Source: Eledone cirrhosa
Taxonomy: Eukaryota
Direction of reading: 5' to 3'
DNA: 64,000 bases
NCBI GenBank assembly: GCA_964016885.1
Contig: OZ024740.1
Location: forward strand, 68,944,001-69,008,000
Made by a program: the position numbers and the translations under genes. Every line of letters begins with the position of its first letter. Within the stretch, counting starts at the first letter, position 1. Below are positions 55,748 through 64,000 of the stretch, piece by piece. Under the pieces are notes generated by a model that saw only the letters and a program-made list of their open reading frames with translations, searched no databases and was not told where the DNA came from.

Positions 55748-56590
55748 GTGGAACACTGGAAGGTATTATCCGTAGTGGTAGAGCACTCAGTCCAAGGGAC
55801 GAGTTAGGTAGAAGTGGTTACACAATAGTTAGTTCACCATACCGAGAACAATTGTTTCACCTTCGCGGATCTTCAGATCGGGATGTGTATGGTTATAAGA
55901 ACAGGAAGGACAACCGTACGAACGCGCATGCGCAGAAACACGGTCACTTCACACAGGCATTACGAGACTGCGTGCGGGGGTGTAAGGGAGATAACTTCGA
56001 AAGTCCGGAAAGTTTTTTGGTTGAAAATAAAATAAAAAAATGAAAATTACAAAGAATCAGTCCGGAGCCTTGTAGTTATGCAATAGATGTTTGGTGACGT
56101 GTGGACAACGTGTGAAAAATTCACACCTCGTGTTTAGGCAATCACTATTGCGTAATCTCTTTAGGATAGTTATTCGTTCGTCAATACATAAGCCACACGT
56201 CGGATAACCCCTTGCGTATGGCTTGGACTTAGTGATGTCATTCCATTGAATAGAGTACACTATACTTGAGTCCTTGAGGGACCATACGTGGCGCGCGAGT
56301 TTCGTGGATGAACGTCTGTCCGGGTATCTGAAGGTAGACTGGTGGTTCAGGAAACGCTCCCTGAATCGGCCCTCCGCCATGCCCACATAGGATTTGACCT
56401 CCTTTGCGCTAAGCACACGAAGGCCCATATCACCAGCAGCCCTAGGAGCAACACCCCACCAGGGTGCTCTTGCCGAAAGCCTGAAGCTTGCCTCCTTCAA
56501 CAACAATGCAACACACCAGCTGTAATCTATGAAGCTGTTGTCACTTCCAACCGACCAAACGAACCGCAGGAGGTCAAATCCTATGTGGGC
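55744..56590 (-). mobile_element. Naiad-type PLE 3' fragment with 5' inversion and HHR (55842-55881)
   Basis: Minus: KSYVGMAEGRFRERFLNH..CGLCIDE..FTRCPH. Plus 56401-56590: CSCRKPEACLLQQQCNTPAVIYEA..KSYVG. HHR CTGAAGA-tCC gcgaa GGt-GAAA-CAATTG-TT. Confidence 0.85.
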
Positions 56591-56614
56591 CGATTATCCA
56601 ACACTGACCAAAGA

Positions 56615-56657
56615 ACGCTGTACTAGTTTCAAGCTTATTAGCTATCGTCAGCAACGT
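56615..56657 (-). ncRNA. Minimal type I hammerhead motif (second copy 61848-61890) in a fold-back element at 56597-57080
   Basis: ACGTTG-CTGACGA-tAGC taataa GCTt-GAAA-CTAG-TA-CAGCGT. Confidence 0.75.
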
Positions 56658-57196
56658 ATATCTTCCTACCAGATGATTGAACGTCTGAAAGTATATACTT
56701 TCCTTATGCATATTAACGACTGAGCAGCCTAATTTGCATATCGAGTGGGTTAATCGATACGCAAATTAGGCTGCTCAGCCGTTAATATGCATAAGGAAAG
56801 TATATACTTTTAGACGTTCAATCATCTGGCAGGAAGGTATACGTTGGTAACGAAAACTAATAAGCTTGAAACTAGTACGGCGTTGCTTTGTCAGTGTTGA
56901 ACAAACCAGCAACGATGATTGCTAGACACTACGGCTTAATACGGGGTGTATGTTTACAAACACACCGAGCATTATGATAAATGTTCGGTGAATCCATACG
57001 TACATATATATATATGTGCATGTATGTATATATACATACTACTGTACGTATGTAACAATATATGTATGTACGTATACATGCTTATATATATGTATATATA
57101 TATATATGTATATGTGTATATATGTATGTATGTATATATATATGTATGTATATGTATGTATATGTGTATATATGTATATATATATGTGTATGTATA

Positions 57197-57319
<123 letters not shown>

Positions 57320-57538
57320 CGAAGGAAATGTGGTAAGGAACCAGGTGGACCATAACGCACCAAGGTACTCAATACTTGAGGTAGTACAGTGGGTAATAGG
57401 AACCAGGAAGACACCGACAGCTGAGCTCAAGCCGTTTCGACGGCTTGAGCTCAGCTGTCGGGGTCTTACTGGTTCCTATATATATATATATATATATACG
57501 ATATTAATAAATGGAGACTATATTTATAAAACCATATT

Positions 57539-57603
57539 TATTTCATTATACATATTTCAGGGATACCACATTAAATTATGGTATGCCTTCATCAGACAAA
57601 ATA
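57539..57603 (-). ncRNA. Type I hammerhead motif (split copy at 61230-61425)
   Basis: TATTTTGT-CTGATGA-AGGcATACCA..TGGTATcCCT-GAAA-TATGTA-TA-ATGAAATA. Confidence 0.78.
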
Positions 57604-58445
57604 AAATATATAACAGTTTTACAAATAGGTTTGACGTACCCTTTAAAATACAACCATTACTTTTGGAGGCTGTCTGGATAGTCCAGACAGCCTCCAAAAG
57701 TAATGGTTGTATTTTAAAGGGTAATTGTAGAGCTAACTCTGTTGAAGGGAATTGACTGCTATTTCTAGTTGTCGAATACCTATTCACGCCACTGAGCCGA
57801 AGCCGCTGTGATGGGTAAAAACAACACGTGGTAGCGTCCAGCTAAAGATTTTGACTCGAAGTGTAAACATGGATCGCTGATTATTGTTCTTCCTTGTTGA
57901 TAATCCAATAATATCCACTTTCTGTGACTTGCCATCTGATTAATTGGTGAAATATATTTCGTTAATGAAATATATTCAGGGAAGATTAATCTTTAAAAGG
58001 TATCTATTTTTGAAGTTCTAGTTAACTTTATTTATTTTTTACATACTAGCCATGCGTGATTACACGCTTGTAAAAATTATCTCCTGTGATTATTCATGTT
58101 TATATTTATTTATATATATGTTGATCAATTCCTAGTTATATATATATATATATATATATATATTAATAAGGTAATGAATTCTTTTACAATGGAATCAGCT
58201 CGAATGAGGAAAAAATATCCCCTGAGCAGTGTATAAATTAATATGTAAGTGATGAAACACAGATACCAACACATCTGTATATATATTACAAAAGAAAAAT
58301 TTAGCCAGATTGAAGTATACTAATTATTATACTACAGTTTGTCCATATCGATTTAAAATAATAAATCAACGGAGACGAACTGTATTGCCAAAAGGCCGTG
58401 ATGTTTAGACACATTTAAATTTCAAAATTAAACCTGATATATATA

Positions 58446-58536
<91 letters not shown>

Positions 58537-58861
58537 ATATTTGGGGAGGGTCATATTTGCGTAATATTGCCAGAATTAATAACAGAACACACTCACTGTT
58601 TGGTTGGTTTTCGCTTCTCGCTGTCTTTTATATATATATATCTGCGATCTAACTTACTCGGTCCTCAATGTTGCCATTGACTGACCGGCGGTCAAAAATA
58701 ATACAGATACAATATAGACAAACACATATATATATAGTTTACATAAATCTTTCGTTGCACATCTGCAACATCGTCAGTGGTGTTATATTCATTGTTCCTC
58801 CTGTTGTGTTGTATGTCTACGCCATTTTTTTGTTCAGTCTGTCTATATATTTATTTATATA

Positions 58862-58919
<58 letters not shown>

Positions 58920-58924
<5 letters not shown>

Positions 58925-59455
58925 TAAAATAACAGATTAAAGTTTAAGCAAAGAATTGCTGCTTTCACCCTTAACGGGATCTTCTGAAACTAACAAAGTC
59001 AATCTGTAAACGCAGAACTGGATATTTCAAAAAACGTTGCAACCGGAGGAAGACAGGAAGACGATACTTTGGTTCGTGGAAACGTTCGCTGGCAAAGAAC
59101 GGGAAAAAACGAATCGGGAGTTTTAGGTATGTTTTCCTGCTTGGTACGGGTATGTTCTTTGTGGAAATATTCAGATATTGTTTCTGCATGATGAATATAA
59201 GTCAGTAGAGTGCTCAACCGAGGGAGCCAAATATTAATAATAATAAATTTCAAGACTAAAATCCAAAGAGAGCTCGATAAGGATAAATATATATCAAATA
59301 TATAAGAACCGTAGAGCTAATATTTATTAAAATAACAGATTAAAGTTTAAGCAAAGAATCGCTGCTTTCACCCTTAACGGGATCTTCTGAAACTAACAAA
59401 GTCAATCTGTAAACGCAGAATTGGATATTTCAAAAAAACGTTGCAACCGGAGGAA
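58920..59455 (-). mobile_element. Internally deleted Naiad-type PLE: pLTR, ORF start, pLTR
   Basis: ATG at 59189 gives MQKQYLNISTKNIPVPSRKTYLKL (PLE N-terminus), fused directly to 3' UTR sequence. Direct repeats are about 403 bp apart. Confidence 0.75.
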
Positions 59456-59950
59456 CTAGAAATTGATTAACATATAAATAAACATATTAAACAATCACAG
59501 GGGATAATTTTTACAAGTGTGTAAGCACACATAGCTAAGTAGGTAACTAAATAAAGTTAACTAGAACTTCAAAAATTATAAAAATTATACCTTATAATAT
59601 GATTAATCTTCCCTGTATATATTCCACTAAAGAAATATATTTCACCAATTAATCGAATGGTAAACCACGGATGCCGAAGCTTGGATTTTCAACAAGGAAG
59701 AAGTTCAACTGTCTGTGTTTACGCATTACGTTCTGCATCCGTGGTTTACCATTCGATTAATTGGTGAAATATATTTCTTTAATGGAATATATACAGGGAA
59801 GATTAATCATATGATAAGGTATCTATTTTTTAAGTTCTAGTTAACTTTATTTAGTTACCTACCTAGCTATGTGTGCTTACACACTTGTAAAAATTATCCC
59901 CTGTGATTGTTTCATATGTTTATTTATATGTTAATCAATTTTTAGTTATT
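59455..59950. repeat. About 500 bp fold-back; arm also at 57870-58138 and 61425-61535
   Basis: 59455-59675 is the reverse complement of 59735-59948. Confidence 0.8.
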
Positions 59951-60078
59951 ATGAAATGCTCGGACCTATTAATTAGAATATTGGAGCGTATTTTACGGGT
60001 GATATGGCGCATGCCTTGTGGCATGACACCCATAAGTTTGATTTAGATTAAATTCATTTTGATTTATCTTAATTTTGG

Positions 60079-60111
<33 letters not shown>

Positions 60112-60439
60112 AAAATAACAGATTAAAGTTTAAGCAAAGAATCGCTGCTTTCACCCTTAACGGGATCTTCTGAAACTAACAAAGTCAATCTGTAAACGCA
60201 GAACTGGATATTTCAAAAAACGTTGCAACCGGAGGAAGACAGGAAGACGATACTTTGGCTCGTGGTAACGTTCGCTGGCAAAGAACGGGAAAAAACGAAT
60301 AATACGTCATTAATAGGAGCGGTGAAAAACAATTACGCGCAAAGACATAACCACGTTTATGGTATAAAGGAGGTCGTAGACTGATGTTCTCTTAGGTGGT
60401 GCATAGAGACGTTCTCTGGCAATGAACGAAAAAACGAAG

Positions 60440-60484
<45 letters not shown>

Positions 60485-60598
60485 TATTCCGGGTTGAATA
60501 TATATATATATATAATTTATTCCGGCTTGAATACGAGGTAACCACAGTAAGTAAGGTACTTAATACGTAGCAGAGTATAATGGTTTTAATATAGGTGA

Positions 60599-60647
60599 GA
60601 TTCTACAGGACTAGAACTGTTTCATTCTTTAGAAATCATCAGGAATC
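60599..60647 (-). ncRNA. Type I hammerhead motif (degenerate copies at 41657-41705 minus and about 19823-19871 plus)
   Basis: GATTC-CTGATGA-tTTC taaa GAAt-GAAA-CAG ttctagtc CTG-TA-GAATC. Confidence 0.75.
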
Positions 60648-61090
60648 TGGCTTTCCAAAATAAAAGTTGAAGTATTTATATCTTTGCAGGTGGTAGGAGA
60701 GGGTGGAGAGTGGGATGGATGGAGGTCATTGGTTGAAATAAAGGGGAATTCATTAAAAGCTAATTCTTTAAGGCTATAATTTATATTTAGAGTAACAAAG
60801 GCAGAAATAATTCTATAAACAAGTTCAGATTGGGGAGCCACGCCTTATTTTTAAGTTTCTCTTAGGCTAGCAAAGCCTATAATTCAGGTGTCTGTAATAT
60901 GGTTGATGGTCGGTCATGGTTGATGGATTTAAAGAAAAGGGAAATTCTTTAAAAGCTAATTCTTTAAAGTTCTACTTAGAGTGACAAAGGTGAAGAGAAT
61001 TCTATAAACCAGTTCAAAATATTGGCTACACATCATATCATTAATGTTATGTTTCTCTTCAGCTATATTTCAGGTGTCAACAGACACATT

Positions 61091-61233
<143 letters not shown>

Positions 61234-61537
61234 GATATTAATAAATGGAGACTATATTTATAAAACCATATTTATTTCATTATACATATTTCAGGGATAC
61301 CACATTAAATTATGGGGGCTGTCTGTATAGTCCAAACAGCCTCCAAAAGTAATGGTTGTATTTTAAAGGGTACGTCAAACCTATTTGCAAAACTGTTATA
61401 TATTGTATTTTGTCTGATGAAGGTATTTTAAAGATTAATCTTCCCTGAATATATTTCATTAAAGAAATATATTTCACCAATTAATCAGATGGTAAGTCAC
61501 AGAAAGTGGATATTATTGGATTATCAACAAGGAAGAA

Positions 61538-61577
<40 letters not shown>

Positions 61578-62289
61578 TATAAACGGAAAAAATGAAACGA
61601 AACTTCATTTCCCACTCTTAGTACGGCCGTTACTTAAATATATGTATGTACACGTACATACATATCTGTATACAGACGTACAGTAGCATGTATATATATA
61701 TACATACATGCACACATATATATATATGTACGTATGGATTCACCGAATATTTATTATAATGCTCGGTGTGTTTGTAAACAAACATCCCGTATTAAGCCGT
61801 AGTGTCCAGCAACCATCGCTGCTCGTTTGTTCAACACTGACAAAGGAACGCTATACTAGTTTCAAGCTTATTAGCTATCGTCAGCAACGTAGACCTTCCT
61901 GCCAGATGATTGAACGTCTGAAAGTATATACTTTCCCTATGCATATTAACGGCAGAGCAGCCCAATCTGTCTATCGAGTGGGTTAATCGGCCGGGTTCAC
62001 CGAAACGATATACGGAAAAAATGAAACGAAACTTCATTTCCCACTCTTAGTACGGCGGTTACTTAATTATAAGTATGTACACGTACATACATATATGTAT
62101 ACAGACGTACAGTAGTATGTACATATATATACATACATGCACACTTATATATATGCACGTATCGGTTTACTGAACATTTATTATAATGCTCGGTTTGTTT
62201 GTTTGTACATGTGTGCATGTATGTATATATATACATACTACTGTACGTCTGTATACATATACGCAGGTACGTATACATACCTACATACT

Positions 62290-62332
<43 letters not shown>

Positions 62333-62526
62333 GGATACTATTTATAGTTATGTATATTTTAAACTTTTTATAATTATGTATATTTTAAACTATAAACAGG
62401 GAAGATCAGTAATTTATTAATACCTTATTCCCAGTTAGATAAATAGCTCAATGTAAGAACATCAGTTGTTCTACGGAGCAGTTATATAGAATTCACAAGG
62501 ATCAAAGCTATGTTCAAAGCATTCAT

Positions 62527-62575
62527 ATACTTACAATTGTTTCATCCAAAACTAGGCTTGGACTCTTCGGAGCAT
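62527..62575 (-). ncRNA. Hammerhead-like motif with CCGAAGA core
   Basis: ATGCT-CCGAAGA-GTCCAA gcctagtt TTGGAT-GAAA-CAATTG-TA-AGTAT. Confidence 0.6.
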
Positions 62576-63004
62576 TTTTCAATGCTTGTACATATAATTG
62601 ACCTCCTCTCCAACGCAAGAGACATACAGATACATATATATATATATTGATGTACAATGGAGTGACATATATTATACTATACTATATTTGTCTAGCAAAT
62701 CTAATTTAAAATTAAAATTTAAAACTAAAATTCATGCGGCAGATATCACAGATAATGCAAGAGGATAGTTCGGTAATCAGATCTAGTAGATAGTGTATGC
62801 GTTAGTCATACATGGATCATGCAAGTGTGTTTCATTTATATACGAGTATTGTGTGGCAAGTTATTACATGTAATACAAGCACTTTAAGCGGGTAAGCAAG
62901 AGTATTATGGTGCTGTAGTGGGAGGGTATTTTTTGTATAGATCAAAAAAGTATGTATGCAGAAAAATAAAAATAAAAAGTAAAAGAAAGTTATAGTTTTC
63001 GCAC

Positions 63005-63523
63005 GCATACGAATTTTATTCTACGACTTCAGTTATACCATTTACGTGGTTTTGTCTTTTCGTGCAATTGCTATCACCGCTCCACATATGACGTATTATC
63101 TTTGTTTTTTTCGTTCATTGCCAGAGAACGTCTCTATGAACCACATAATAGAATATTAGTTTACGACTTCTTTTATACCATAAACGTGGTTTTGTCTTTG
63201 CGAGTAATTGTTTTTCACCGCTCCAAATAATGACATATTATATTCGTTTTTTTCCCGTTCTTTGCCAAGGAACGTTTCCACGAACTAAAGTATCGTCTTC
63301 CTGTCTTTCTCCGGTTGTAACGTTTTTTGAAATATTTACTTCTGCGTTTACAGATTGACTTTCTTAGTTTCAGAAGATCCCCTTAAGTGTGAAAGCAGCG
63401 ATTCTTTGCTTAAACTTGAATCTGTTATTTTAATAAATATTTGCTCTACGGTTCTTATGTATTTGATATATATTTATCCTTATCGAACCCTCCTTGGATT
63501 TTAGTCTTCAAATGTATTATTAT

Positions 63524-63527
<4 letters not shown>
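63005..63527 (+). mobile_element. Naiad-type pLTR/3' end fragment ending at (TA)n
   Basis: Homologous to 12700-13063 and 52590-53018. Confidence 0.8.
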
Positions 63528-63599
<72 letters not shown>

Positions 63600-63655
63600 T
63601 ACATACACATACATATACATATATAGACACATATACACATATATACACATAGACA

Positions 63656-63725
<70 letters not shown>

Positions 63726-63739
63726 CATACACACACACA

Positions 63740-63934
<195 letters not shown>

Positions 63935-64000
63935 ATATATATACCTCTGTCTAGTTTGTGTATATGTAAATCTTTATATTTGATAATCTCCCTATAAGTT

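Overview
AT-rich, microsatellite-dense eukaryotic DNA. It is most likely a cephalopod (Octopus-like), an inference from the tRNA-derived SINE family, very long (TA)n/(CA)n/(CT)n tracts and decayed C2H2 zinc-finger sequence. No intact host gene can be supported, and the window is almost entirely retroelement debris. It holds Penelope-like elements (PLEs: several Naiad-type RT+GIY-YIG copies including a 600-codon open 5'-truncated copy, plus other PLE fragments), a full-length but dead Tx1/L1-type LINE, CR1-type, RTE/RTE-X and R4-like LINE fragments, and SINEs. The main signal not shown by the ORF track is a very high density of type I hammerhead ribozyme (HHR) motifs, read by eye. There are more than 20 copies in about 10 distinct families, located in PLE pseudo-LTRs, non-coding tandem arrays (about 557, 610 and 404 bp units, retrozyme-like) and fold-back mini-elements inserted at (TA)n. 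Several families carry recurrent non-canonical features: a multi-copy CAGAAGA core, a UUGAAGA core, a U.U first pair of stem II, and a conserved C.C mismatch in a covarying stem II. All folds are manual and no activity has been shown.
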